Below are positions 40,541 to 53,545 of a stretch of DNA of 64,000 nt, piece after piece (the stretch's first letter is position 1; every line of letters starts with the position of its first letter). The stretch covers positions 120,404,001 through 120,468,000 of the forward strand of contig NC_042997.1 of the NCBI RefSeq assembly GCF_006345805.1. The letters run 5' to 3'. A model generated the notes under the pieces. The model worked only from the letters and a program-made list of their open reading frames with translations, had not been told where the DNA came from and ran no database searches. This DNA comes from Octopus sinensis. Lineage: Eukaryota. The position numbers and the translations under genes are program-made.

Positions 40541-41568
40541 TCCACTCTGTTATATGCTACAGCAAAGTATATGAACTTACACTCTTTTTCTCGTTTGTCT
40601 TTTTCTTCAATAGTATAATTATCATTTAGGAGAAATCACAAATAATTCAGTAATTTTTATTCATGTTCAAACTACTTGTCTTTTATTTCGACGTCCCAAA
40701 TTTGGCTAACTCATTTACCAACATACTCATGTTTACTCTTGTACACTAATTCCATATCGGTTCTTACAGGATCGAACTCAGATATTTTGTTTGAAATATA
40801 TTCCTATTTGCTATGAGGTAAATTTTATTCTACTAGGTCGATATTAATGTGAGCTGGTTCAGTTTTTCCATGGCATGGCTTTTTAAATGACAAGTTAGTC
40901 TATTATGATATGTTCGGAATTTATATATAGAGGAATACAAACTGCTGTGCATATCTACCTTTCGACATTTCTGCCGTAATCACATCGTTAGGCCCATCTA
41001 ACTGATGAGTTGAAACGATTTTGCACTCGGTACCTTATTGCTCAATTTACAGGATTGAGAAAATATATTTGATTATCACTGCTCAACACACCGTTTTCCA
41101 TATCTGCTAACGAATGTAATCTATTCCTATTTACATAATTTCGTCCATAATCTTATCATATTTAAGCAACATTTTTAGTGGAATTATGCGTAAATCGTGT
41201 AAAATATTGATAATGTATATGTGGCAAATTACATTCGTTATTTCGTGCAACAATGGCTAACTTCTGTCAGGAATAGGTGAAACTTCTGTCAGAAGTTGTT
41301 ACCGACAGACAGTGTCAGTGATTGATAAAAAAAAAAGACACTGCTATGTCGGTTAGTTTGAAAGATTGATGCGACCAGCAAAATTTGTTTTTACTTTGTA
41401 ATTGAAAAATATCGAGGTGTTTCTTGTAAGCGTTTACACTCGGTATCTACTTATGAAAACTACTTTCGCATTTGTCGTAAGATAAATCGAACCTGTCTGG
41501 TTTAATATTAATATTTCTAATGTTGAAAGTTTGCTTTCAATTTTATATTGTATTGAAAGTCACACTTA

Positions 41569-42850
41569 CGAGGGGCGTTCAATAAGTAATGCCCCTGACC
41601 CACTTCCCATAGCAGTAGAGCAACGGCACTTGGCACAGTTATTAGTCTTTTTCTACATAGGAACCACCCATAGTTACGCATTTCTCCCATCGTTTGATGC
41701 GGCTCTGGAGACCGTTTTTGTAGAAGAACCCAGCTTGGTTCTCCAACCACGACGTGACTTCAGAAATCAAAGATGCATCATCCGGGAAACGCTTTCCTTT
41801 CAAAAACAACTTCATGATTGGGAAGAGGTGAAAATCAGAGGGTGCAAGGTCAGGAAAGTAGGGGTGATGGGGAGGAGTTCATAGCCATACGCCTGTGCTT
41901 CTGATCTGGCGACAAGCGAGTTGTGGACCGGAGCGTTGTCCTGCAGAAGGAGGACGCCTTTGCTGATCTTGCCCCGTCTCTTGATTTTGATAGCTTCTCT
42001 TAATTTCCTCAAAAGTGAAGCATAATAGGCTCCTGCAATTGTGGTACCCTTTGCCAGGAAATCTGTCATCACTACTCCGTCCTGGTCCCAGAAGACTGTG
42101 AGCATGACCTTGCCAGCGGAGGGCTGCACCCTTGCCTTCTTTGGAGGGGGTGAGTCACGGTGCTTCCACTGCATTGACTGGGCTTTGGTCTCTGGATCAT
42201 CGTGATGGACCCATGTTTCGTCCTGTGTAATCAGTCTTTTGAAAAATTTTGACTCATCTTTTTGGCACATCTCCAAATTCACCCTCGAGCGTTCTTGCTT
42301 CTGGAAAGGCGTGAGCAACCTGGGAATCCATCTGGCAGGCACCTTTTGCATAGGTAAATGGTCATGAATGATAGTTTCCACAGACCCGGTACTAATCTTG
42401 ACCTCTTGGGCTATTTGGCGAATAATTATGCGTCGATCTTCCAAAATGGCAGCCTCAACTTGACGGACAGATGCCTCATCAATGGCAGAAGGGGGCGACC
42501 AGATCTGGGAGCTGTTTCCACAGAGTTCCGACCATGTTTGAATTCACGATGCCAGCGTTCTACAAGGTCATATGATGGGGCATCATTACCATAAGTTACT
42601 TTCATTTCATCAAAAGTCTCCCGTGGTGTGCGTCCTTTCAAATACAAAAACCGGATCACTGCTCGACCCTCAACAGGCTCCATTTCACACTTGACTCGGT
42701 TCAAACACCTGTAAATCAGAAACCACAATTAATTCAGAGCTGTAATTTGCCACTTACTCTATAGAGATATAAATGATTGCACATGCAAAATGTCAGCTAG
42801 ATCAAACACCTGCAAGTGGGTCCGAGGCATTACTTATTGAACGTCCCTCG
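41569..42850 (-). mobile_element. Near full-length (1282 bp) mariner, irritans-subfamily-like, transposase with two frameshifts
   Basis: TIRs cgagggg/acgttcaataagtaatgcc, TA on both sides; MEPVEGRAVIRFL..RSGRP, WIPRLL, TQDETWVHH, QDNAPVH, PYFPDLAPSDF. Confidence 0.96.
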
Positions 42851-44390
42851 TATACTAAACGGTTATACAAGAGAGATTCTACAGAAAGACTTTGAGTGAT
42901 GTGACTGAGAAGTTTATTTTGTTTTTTAAAGATTACGGAATGTAGTGTATATCTTATTTATGCAAAGTAGTCATTTACTTCTGCTAATGCGACTTGTAAA
43001 TTATCAATCTGAGTTTTTTTGTTTTCCCGGGAAATTTTAGATTGAATTCTTTAAACGATTCTGTTCAGTATTTCTGTTTCACTGCAAGTTGGATCCATTT
43101 GTTGTATATATTATGATCACATCCTCTCTATACAAACTTATATTTACAAGAGCAAATTATTCTATCTGTTTCATAACTCATTGTGAAATGCATATAAGAT
43201 CAAGAACCTTTATTGCACAATAGCTATTTAAAGCTTATTTGTGTTTGGCAGGAAAGGAATCCTTATGGTTCCTTTGCAGATTCTTAAGAAAATGAATATC
43301 AGTAACGTTTAGAGAATAACTTGATGGAGAATAAGATTTTTTAGGAACAAAGGTTTTTAGCGGGTGGCATAGAAGCCAACTATACAAAAGTAAGAAAATG
43401 TGTGGCTGTGTTTATCTTGTACTATTATGTCATATATGTTCCTCGCAGCTTTAAAAAGCGATTCAGCTCCAACAATAGATTATAAATGGTTTCATTTATT
43501 GATGTTAATATCAAGTTATAAACATTATCTTATTTCTATTTGTGGAAACGATCAGTTTGTGTGATTGCGTATAATACATGCACCACTATACGCAAGAGGC
43601 CTACAATATAGGGGAGGGGGTCTAATCAATTACATCGACCCGAGTGCTTAAAATATCTTCATTTTGCAACTCTCCTTTAGCGACCAGTTCAGTGACCAAC
43701 AACACTCTAAATCTAGAGTAGTAACAAAAAGTAATGTTAGCAATACAACTTTAAAAATGCGTATAAATGAAAAGAGTTCAGTAAATAAATTGATAGAAAA
43801 AAAGATACACGATGGATATGCATAAATACGTAGAAATAGAATTTAATTTGCATTATAGAGTATTGGTAATTAGGGTAAATATTATGTTACATATCATATT
43901 AGAGTAATGTTATAGGTTTTGGTACTTAGGGTAATATTAATTTACATAAATTAAATCTATGATAAAATGCTGAATATAAATACAGGTTGAATTATAAAAA
44001 ATTTAACGTTGCGTTATACAGTGTACATAACAATTATAAAGTCCATTGTTTCGAATTTCTTACTGGGCAATTCTTTAATAATATTTGATAAATAATAGAT
44101 AAAACCTTCATTATTCTAACAATATTCTTTAGATAATATTTGTAACGGTTCATAAGGTCCTTGTATCAGTTGAAAAATTTTCTGTACATCGTACAACAAT
44201 CCGATATTTTACATCAGATTGCTTGATATTACAAACTTTAACCAATGGAAGTAATCTTGTCATATATGAAAATGAAGCATACATGCAATATTGTAATTAC
44301 TAAATGTGAAAAATAGATGAAAATGATACTTTAGGTTGGCTAGTAAACATTTGTGACTTTATGAATATACCCCTTACTTAAGATATTAGT

Positions 44391-44545
44391 ACGGTGAAGG
44401 CGCATGGCTTAGTGGTTAGGGTAATCGGGTCACGACCCTACGGCGGTGAGTTTGATTCCTGGCCGCACGTTGTATCCTTGAGAAAGACACGTTATTTCAC
44501 GTTGCTGCAGTCCACTCAGTCAGCAAACATGAGATCTTGCCAGAA
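44391..44545 (+). mobile_element. tRNA-derived SINE head and core
   Basis: A box tggcttagtgg (44405-44415), B box gagtttgattcc (44448-44459), core gtatccttgagaaagacac. Confidence 0.75.
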
Positions 44546-44602
44546 GATCTCTATCCGCGTAAAACAGCGTTGTGCGTATGATGGGCCTGGGAAGCGATTA
44601 CC

Positions 44603-45045
44603 CATTACGAATTGCTTGAACGGAACCAAACGGTCAACAGATAGAACGACGCAACACGGCTATTCAAAAGAAAAGACCTAATCGGCAGCATGTACTTCTG
44701 CTGCACGACAACGCCAATATGACAAAGGCAGCCATTCAAACGCATGACTGGGAAGTGACGCCACACCCGACGTTCTCTCCTGATTTATCACCAACGGACT
44801 TCAACATCTTTCGATCTCTTTCAAATTGTATGCGCAGAGTTTCGTTCAATACTTATGCAGAACTGAGAGCTTAGTTGGATCGATTTTTCGAGTCGAGATG
44901 GGGTGATTTCTACCAACGAGGTATTGAAAATTTTGTTGAACTTTGGGAAGATGTAAACAACAAGGGTGAATACATTATTAATTAAATAGTTATTAAACCT
45001 TTTAAAAATTAAAAAAAAACTGCAGGAACTTATTTGCCAACCCAA
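44603..45045 (+). mobile_element. Mariner 3' fragment, same family as 30084-30688
   Basis: Aligns from cattacgaattgcttgaacggaaccaaacggtcaac; TIR gcaggaacttatttgccaacccaa. Confidence 0.9.
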
Positions 45046-45129
45046 TGTGTGTGTGTGTGTATGTGTGTGTGTGTGGTGTGTGTGTGTGTGTGTATACTTT
45101 GATACTTTGGTAGGTTTCGACCAGTATCG

Positions 45130-46410
45130 GCCCAGGCCATGTCTAACTTAAGAGTAGCACTTGGCCAAAGTCATTGAAATCGAGAATCGGACAGCATAGC
45201 CCAGTCAAGTATAGAGTTATTGTTTACGGAGACATAGCCGGGATTATTTGAGTGAATTAGTCGCAATACTTCTTGAACTTTATGGGGTCTGTCTCTGCTG
45301 TAATGAGGTTTGGTGTAATGTTAAAAGAGCGGGAACAATTGAGGTGAAATAATTGTACCGTATTGTTGTTATGTGATGCACGTATGATCTTTGTTGTGAG
45401 AGGATAACACGAGGCTCCAGTCTCGTGTGCATCTGAAAGGTGATGCTCACATCCTTTGGGCAATGTTGATGGAATATGTTTCACATCCTGCAGATGATGT
45501 AGCTCCCACGGCAGCGTTGGAGAGAATAAAGCTTGCGATTTTCTTGTCGATCCCAATAGTCAAGACCTGTCATGCAATCTAGCTTTTTTTGTCATTGGCC
45601 TTTGAGGTGCTTCAATTTTCCAGATACTTTGTTTCGTCTCGAGAGACCACAGTGGACAGCAGTATTGCAGATGGGGTCGAGTAAAACTGAAGAAAAGAAA
45701 AGAAGGATAATGGTGCAGATATCTTTCGACTGGAAAGTTCTGAGGATCCAGGAACACATTCTGCGGGCAATATCAACTGTGGTGTTTATATGAGTGGCCC
45801 AGCTTATGTTGCGGTCCACAATTACTCCCAAGTCTCTGATGCTATTGCAAGTCATTGGAGTTTCACCTGAAGGAAGGGTGTATGGGTGTTTCAGGGTATC
45901 CTCTTTTCCGAAGTGGATTCATTCAAATTTGTCCTCGTTCAGTTGCATAATTATTCTTTTCCGCTCAGTGGATGACAGCCACTAAATTTGACTGAAGTCA
46001 TGCCCGGTCACCCATTTCATTGATGACGTTCTGGATATTGGAATCATCTGCAAAGATTCTTATGTTACTCTGCTTGATGATGTCAGTATTGTCATTGATG
46101 TAGTTGAGAAAAAAAGTGGGGCCAACACCACTACTGATTTTGGTTGGGCTTGATATTTCTCCTTCGAATACAACGTGTTGGGTTCTGCCTGTCAGGAAAC
46201 ACTGGATGCATTGTAGTAACTTTTCCGAAACATCAATGTTGACTAGTTGTTTCAAGAGGATCTTATGGTCTACCCTGTCAAAGGCTTTGCTGAAATCAAG
46301 ATAGATGACATCAGTACTCGAGCCTTTTCCCAAAGCTTTCCCAGTACTGTTTCTGCAGCATTCCGCCTGTGGTTTTGACATTATCTTGGAGAGTGCTATT
46401 TTATTCAATG
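45130..46410 (-). mobile_element. Degenerate CR1/L2-group LINE
   Basis: TDVIYLDFSKAFDRVDHKILL, IRIFADDS, IRDLGVIVD, RPHLQYCCPLWS. Confidence 0.9.
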
Positions 46411-47098
46411 CTTGTGTGCGGCTGTCTTTCTGTGTTTATCCATGTTGGCGTGCGTGTGTGTGTGTGGGTGTGTGTGTGTGTGCATGTGTGTGTCTGTATG
46501 TGTGGGTGGGTGCGTGTGATGGAATGTCATTTAACAATGTGTTGGGTCATTACTTGTTAATGTGAATCAAAGAGGAGATGAAACTTTACCGGAGTTCAAA
46601 CACAATGCAGAATTATAGCACGTGACCTTGTCTACAGCTATCTTTCTCTTTAATGTCCGAAAAGATAGATATTATTTATTACATGATTAGCAGACTTATG
46701 TATTTTCAGGTGGTCAAGATCGTTTATTAGCTGCCATTACATGTAACATTACTATGTATGAAACTCGTTTATGCGCTCGTTGGATTTTGTGTCCTAGTGG
46801 AAAAATAGAAAACGATTGTGTTACTACATTTTGGATGTTTTAATGCTATTCCCATCGAAATCTATGGAAACCCTGAGGTAATTTTTGTTTATATTACCCT
46901 CTCAATAGTAAATGTATCCCATGTCACAATTTGAATATTATATTCTTTTCTAAATCTGACCGAATGTAGATCTTTTATGGCTACTTTGGTTTCTCAGTGG
47001 TATTATCGAGAGCATAATTTTCATACATAATGAAGCCTTTCATGTTCCACGCCGATTATATGGTCTCTACCCCTCAGTTTCGAACGGCACACGACTAT

Positions 47099-47141
<43 letters not shown>

Positions 47142-47455
47142 CTGTGTGTGTGTGTATGTGTGTGTGTGTGTGTGTGTGCGTGCGTGCGTGCGTGTGTAGT
47201 GCGTGTGTGTGTGTTGTCTGTATGCCTGTGTGTGTCTGCGTATATATGATTACTGCCCGTTCATAAATTATCTTTGCAATTTCCTCAATTTATTTTATCA
47301 TATGTAATATATGGACAACCTACATGCTTACACTCATGCAAACGTAAATATATATGAATAATATATATATATATGTATACATATGTACACAAACACATAT
47401 ACATATGCATATACAGATATATACATCTGCAAGTAAGTTTGTGTGTATGAAATGT

Positions 47456-47749
47456 TTATCTTGAGTCATTGACAGAAATATGTCTACGTAAGGCACTTAA
47501 ACGGAAAATCCTGCATAAAATCATCGGATACATAACTATATTGATTATAACGAAACCTGTTAGCGTCAAAGTACAAAGCAACTCTGTGTAGTGTGAATGT
47601 TTATGGTCATTTGAAACGATCGACAAATTTGTTACGCTGCTATCATTATGTGTACATGTCAAACCGCATTTATACCATTGATTGTGTTTTCTGCCAAAAG
47701 CCCTGATTACAATATTGTCATGGAAATGAATATCAGGTTGAAATATCGA
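47456..47749 (-). CDS. Candidate terminal exon of a single-pass membrane protein (partial Ig-like strand pattern, TM helix, short basic tail)
   Basis: 97 open codons after atttttccagtag; IVIRAFGRKHNQWYKC...SSVTNLSIV, hydrophobic LLCTLTLTGFVIINIVMYPMIL, then CRIFRLSALRR. Confidence 0.35.
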   Translation of the reverse strand, partial: SIFQPDIHFHDNIVIRAFGRKHNQWYKCGLTCTHNDSSVTNLSIVSNDHKHSHYTELLCTLTLTGFVIINIVMYPMILCRIFRLSALRRHISVNDSR

Positions 47750-49749
47750 CTACTGGAAAAATAATTATACTACTTCCTACGAAGTATTGATTCATTTCAT
47801 GTGTACAACATCAAATAAGACACTGTGTCATGAAACCCACACAATCTCGTGATTGCTTTGCAGTCCTCCTTCGAATTTTTCTCAGTTCAGCCACCATTGA
47901 TAATTTGTGTGTAAAACAATTTTCGGTATCACTACAGTACTGATGTACTAGAAATTTTAATCATTACAACGATTTGAGAGCCTACATAAATATATAAAAC
48001 TCATTATGTTAAATTATCATAAAGTAATTATTTTATTTCAGACTCAATTTTGCTTGAGAGCAAAGAAACAATGATGATCTAGAATTTGTAATCTCGTTAG
48101 ATTATTGCTGCATGGAGTATTACATTTTAAAACAAACGGGATAAAGTTCAACTTTCTTCAACAGAATTAATCTACAAAACCAAATTTATAAAATACCCCT
48201 AAATATAAAGAGATATCTTTGTCAGCTTTTAGACGATAAACAGTAACAAGAAAATTTCGAAAAATATGAATTGTTTTGTACTTAAAGATGGAAGATAATT
48301 ACAAGTTAAATGTGCTAATTACTAAATTATTTCCATTCATTATAGGAAAAGCATGGATACATTCTTGAAGGTAGTCTTAAATAGCCGATGCCTTGCAATT
48401 ATTTATAACGTGCGTCGACATAATAAAGCGATATATATGAAAATAAACTTCTTCCTTAAAGTTAAATCGTAGAAAAGGAATGACAATTCTCAAACTGACT
48501 CGTAAATATAATCTCTTTTACAGAATTATTAATTCAATTCATCAAATAGAATTCCTTAATTGAAATTTAAATATAATTATTATATCAAGTAGAGAGTAAA
48601 AATCATTTTCACAAGAGTAACACAATATTTTTGTCCGAAGTAATATAAATATGAATTATATTCAAACATTTTTTTGAACACAATTTATCAACATATTTAG
48701 GATATTGATTATACGTCTTATGTATTTAAGCCCTCTCGTTTACATTCCATTAATGTTTTATACAAAGACAATAACAGATTAATCAATTGAGACAAAGGAG
48801 CAAAAAGCTTAACATTTTGAATTTCAAACAATCATAATATTTTACTGTAGATTCCGAATCGAATAAGGTTACTTAATTTGGCGTCAGGAGTTCAGAGTTT
48901 CAATTTGTTACATTAATGAAGCTTCTTATGTGTGTCACCGTATTGCAAAGTAGTTTAAAATTCACGATCGCCCATTCTTAAACCCTAGGCTCATACAAAA
49001 ATCGCTCCCTCATACTCAAACATACATACGCTCATATCTGTGTGGGAAATATATATATATATGCATTTGTTGTATGGAGTTTGTCTTCCTTGTAAGCCAT
49101 TAGGATAGTGCTTCGGTGGCTATCGAGTTGTTTTGCCTACTATTTCTACCAATCTGCTACTACATAGTATTCTCTGTCACTGTATCCGTCTATAAAGTTG
49201 CCTTTAGATTGTTGGATTGCTAATAAGCCAGCCATATTATTTGATGCTATATATATACATATATATACATATACATACATGCATACATACAATGCATATA
49301 CGTACGTATATACATATATATATATACATACACATATACATATATATATGTATGTATATATATATATATATATGTATGTGTGTATATATAAGTATATATG
49401 TGTGTGTGTATAGATATTGACGTAAATGTCGAACCATGCGAATGAGTCATCGGTACTACATTTTGGATAGAGGATCTTTATTTAGTTAAGAAAATATCTT
49501 AATATCTTGACAATTTTTGCAGTCGTTAACATGGAGAAATTCTGTTCGCCTCCATAATGGATGGAAACGCGAAAAACATGGGAATTCCCTATAAGCGTCC
49601 CCAGAATTCTCCTTAAACAATACAATATATCAGTGGAGTGACTCTTACGCAACAACAATTCGGTGATTTTCTCACTGAGGAGAAAACTGGAAAAAGGTGA
49701 GCTGAATGTTTGTTTATATTGTGTTATATTCTGGGTATGTGTAACGTTT

Positions 49750-50745
49750 GTATGTTTTTCTGTTGAGGGAGTTCATCATGGGGCCAAGTGATTTCTTTGC
49801 GTGGAGTTCTTAATAAGTATACATTGAATTCTCACGCTCAGAGAGAAGAAACACTTAACAAGATAGGATGGGTGGAGTGGGTGCTTGTGAATGCAAGGAG
49901 AGAAGGTTCCATCTGTAATAATTAAAACGTTATCTTTTGATTGGATGATGTTTAGCTTTTCAGTAATGAAAAGCTCATATTATGTACACGGTTCTCTGTG
50001 TTGTCTGTGATTCCTGGTTTAGTAATAATGCTCCATGTCATCTGCGTATCGATTACACCTCTTTCTTCCATTGTCCATGTCATATATAATAGGGGTGTTA
50101 TTTTTTTTCTCCGAATGACGCCAGATGTTATGTACGTCTTTCTTTGGACTAGTTACAAGTCATTTCATAAAGTTACATGTAATTTACATAAAAATTCAAA
50201 TAGTTCACAAAGAAACATTGTAATTTTGGTATTTTTGTTTCTTTGTGAATCACCGAGACATCCCTCAGACATCCTTAACATGAATAACAAGGGATTTACA
50301 GAAAGTATGAACAGCATCATAAAGAGGCTGTACCCTTAAATATGCCTATGCGATTCTCTTTTCTATCAGTTATAATGCAATTACATTTTGCTGCTATTTT
50401 CATGATGAAGTCAGATCAGCTATAGCTCACTGCAATTTTAGCAAGTTTAAGGGTTTCTAGCAGTCATGGGTGGGAAACAGAGTCAGAATCTTTCTTGTAG
50501 TCTAGCCACATTGAAATTAGGTTCCTCCTATGCGCCTGCACCTTTGACGTTACAGTTGTTTTTTTATTAATAATTGCTGAGCATATCCCCAGACTCCCTT
50601 CTTCACAGTTGCTTGTTCTATTTCGATGCCACTATTGGTTTCACGATGGTCTTTGAGGAAGGAGTTTAAGAAAGATGTATATATCTTATACATTAAGTTC
50701 TGGCATGCAACTGGTTTTTTGCCATGTCTGTCGTTTTGCATTTAG
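49750..50745 (-). mobile_element. Degenerate R4/Dong-type RT with internal deletions
   Basis: KPVACQNLMYKIYTSFLN..EQATVKKGVWGYAQQLLI; GYSLFMMLFILSVNPL; DTQMTWSIITKPGITDNTE. Confidence 0.75.
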
Positions 50746-50762
50746 TCGATGAAAGAATGAAA

Positions 50763-50897
50763 GGTACTTATTTAGTCGAACCCGAAAGGATGAAAGGCAA
50801 AGTCGACCTCGGCGGAATTTGAACTCAGAACGTAGCGGCAGACGAAATACCGCTAAGCATTCCGCCCGGCATGCTAACGATTCTGCCAGCTCGCCGT
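50763..50897 (-). mobile_element. tRNA-derived SINE head
   Basis: Reverse complement ggcgagctggcagaatcgttagc...gagttcaaattcc (B box)...gtcgactttgcctttcatcc. Confidence 0.8.
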
Positions 50898-51681
50898 ACT
50901 ACTACTGCCTACAGTAATCATTGCAGTCGCACCTGCTGTTTACCATAGTCGTAGTAAGGGGAAAATAGTCATTAATCTTAACCAGTACCGTAGTTTGGCT
51001 GGCAGGCACTATGGAATCTGTTGGAATGTCGTTGACTGCGAAATCACGAAATCACGTGATACTCTCACATTATTCACGTTTACGTTTTTGTTTATAAAGT
51101 TGCGAAGCAAGTTAATTTCAGATTTTTCAATAAAGTTATAGTCACTAACCTTCCTATGTTCCACAAATGTTGCTCGTTAGCGTAATTGCTTCGCAGTAAA
51201 ATGATTTCATTCTGGATGCAGTCCGTCCTAATATTATTTCAGTCGATTCATATAGCCATCCCCGGGGTTTTGCTTCGCTTTTCATAGCAGTTAAATAGAT
51301 CAGTACTCAATCCATAACTCCAAAAGAAATGAGTTTTTTAATCACGGTTTCTTCTATAACTACAGCTAGAAAGAATCTATTTACCTGTTGAGCTGTTGGT
51401 TTTCGTTATCTTCCTCAGTTGTGTTGTTGAATATGTTGCTTGTGTTAAATCTCAGCATTCTAATTTCAAGTTTCAGTCGAAAATCACTACCATCGTAAAT
51501 AAAAAGGCTCCTTTAGTTAATTCATCTGAAGATTAACCAGTTATTTAACGGGGCTGAGAGTTTGGGCTTCAAATATGGAGATAGAATTTATCGTATCTTC
51601 GAAAAATAGTCTCCTACGCCAAATACGCGACTTGTCGCTTCGTGTTTGTATTGTATGTATGTATGTATGTATGTATGTACG

Positions 51682-51712
<31 letters not shown>

Positions 51713-51759
51713 GTATGTATGTATGTCTCTTCTATTTTTTAATTATCATAAATCTTCCA

Positions 51760-52680
51760 CTGAGGAGGGAGCCAGTTTCCAACAATGATACATGGTTCCA
51801 TTTTTGGGATGTAGTTAACACAGACAAATTCACATTTGTTACTTGTGAAAAGTCATGCATATTTTTACTGTTTCACTCACAGATTGGACTTGTGATGTAC
51901 GAATTGGTCAGTCAATTCCTCTTTCTGAAAATCTCACTTTCTCCAAATTCGCCTTTAAGCATTTACTAACGAAAGGTGGTGCTCCAGATATCATTGTTAT
52001 GAATATGAATTCATAGGCTGGATAGAGAATCTGGGGGCTTCGAAGCAGTTGTCCATAGTTATCTTACTTTTCTTTGATTTTCCAGGAGATATTTATAATA
52101 TCATTGATAATGCCGACCTGGTAGAAACATGTCTAGTATTCTTACACGGCCGGTGTCAGAATGAATTTCACCTGTCTCCTATGTATAATTCATTATAAAA
52201 CACAGCTTATCCATAAGAAATATTATCTCAGGTCATGTCCTGCAGTAATGACGCGTTATGCGTTATATTTGCGTTGAAGATTATATATAGATTGATACAT
52301 AAAAGAATAAAAGAATATGCATACATACAGCTAACCTCTACCATAGTACTTACCTTTTCCCCTCTGTCACAAACAATAATATCCTGTTTGTTATGCTTAC
52401 ATTTGACAGAAGTTTTGATGGGATTATTCCACTAGTATTCCTTGAGTTGGTGTTTATGAATGTATTCCATAACAGGGATTTTCCAAGTTTATTTCAGGAC
52501 AGTCTTTTTTGTGGATGGCATTGCAAATTGTTTTAGCAACAACATCGTGCCGCATAGGGAGGTAGTACCGTGACAACATTGTAGGACAGCTTCTAATCAC
52601 ATGCGTAATGTTTTCCACAGAAACATGACACAGCCTACACATGCCGTTGCACCTTGAGATTACATGAACGTCACTGAATG
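51760..52680 (-). mobile_element. R4-type 3' fragment (CCHC + RLE) interrupted at 52096-52328
   Basis: CRLCHVSVENITHVIRSCP..RHDVVA; NPIKTSVKCKHNKQDIIV..VEVSC | INISWKIKEK*DNYGQLLR..TVKICMTF. Confidence 0.8.
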
Positions 52681-52991
52681 TATGTATGTAAATATGTATG
52701 TATGTATGGATGAATGTATGTATGTATGTATGTATGTATGTATGTATGTATTATGTATGTATGTGTGCATATTCATTTATTCTTTTATGTATCAATCTAT
52801 ATATAATCCTCAACGCAAATATAACGCATAACGCGTCATTACTGCAGTACTTGACCTGAGATAATATTTCTTAAGGATAAGCTGTGTTTTATAATGAATT
52901 ATACATAGGAGACATGTGAAATTCATTCTGATACCGGCCGTGTAAGAATACTAGATATATTTCAACCAGGTCGGCGTTGTCAATGATATTA
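52096..52991. repeat. ~230-bp inverted repeat pair (52096-52328 and 52760-52991)
   Basis: Arms align as reverse complements; inner ends carry (CATA)n/(TATG)n. Confidence 0.9.
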
Positions 52992-53226
52992 TTCACAAAA
53001 AGCTGCATGCCCAGTTGAAATTTATCGCCAGCGGTATCGAAAAATATGTGAATAGACAATTATTTCAGCTGAGAACAGCCACCCGCGTGAATAGAAATCC
53101 GTTATATACAACAGAAGCATTATTAGATTTAAATGGTCATCTGTGTATTGTATTCAATGTAAATACATTTCACTAAGCAAATCTATTACAACATTTGACT
53201 GGGGATAATATATCCTATGTAAGGTA

Positions 53227-53545
53227 TAAAGACTCCCTTCAGGCATGAATGTCCATGGGATTGCACTATAAAGTTCCCCTCTGAAGCACAATTCCTGGTA
53301 TGGTTGCTTTATGGAAGACCAGCAGTTACCCATGCATACCAGTCTCTCCTCTCCATGCCATCGTTTTTATGCAAGAGAAAGTCATATACCGGTACAGCTT
53401 GTCACCATTGACATTGCAATTCATTTCCGCATCTGGGTGAACTGGAGCAACGTGAAATATAGTGGCTTGCTCAAGAATACAACACACAATCAATACCAGA
53501 AGTCGAACTCACTAACTCATATATATGAGCCCGTTCCTATAAACA
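53227..53545 (-). mobile_element. SINE with RTE-like 3' tail
   Basis: Core ctggagcaacgtgaaatatagtggcttgctcaagaatacaac is the reverse complement of the 44460-44520 family; tail class is recalled, not verified. Confidence 0.6.

Noticed and set aside
41002-41016. ctgatgagttgaaac, hammerhead-core-like
   Set aside because: Only 3 nt between the core halves (no stem II) and negligible stem I pairing
44391-44465. tRNA gene
   Set aside because: A and B boxes are present but there is no complete cloverleaf, and it continues into a SINE core; treated as a SINE head
49523-49696. Segment bounded by a strong acceptor and donor on the + strand
   Set aside because: Stops in all three frames; a non-coding exon cannot be supported without RNA data
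50030-50065. RYADDM read as an RT catalytic motif
   Set aside because: An alternative frame fits the surrounding R4/Dong post-RT region better, so YADD here looks coincidental
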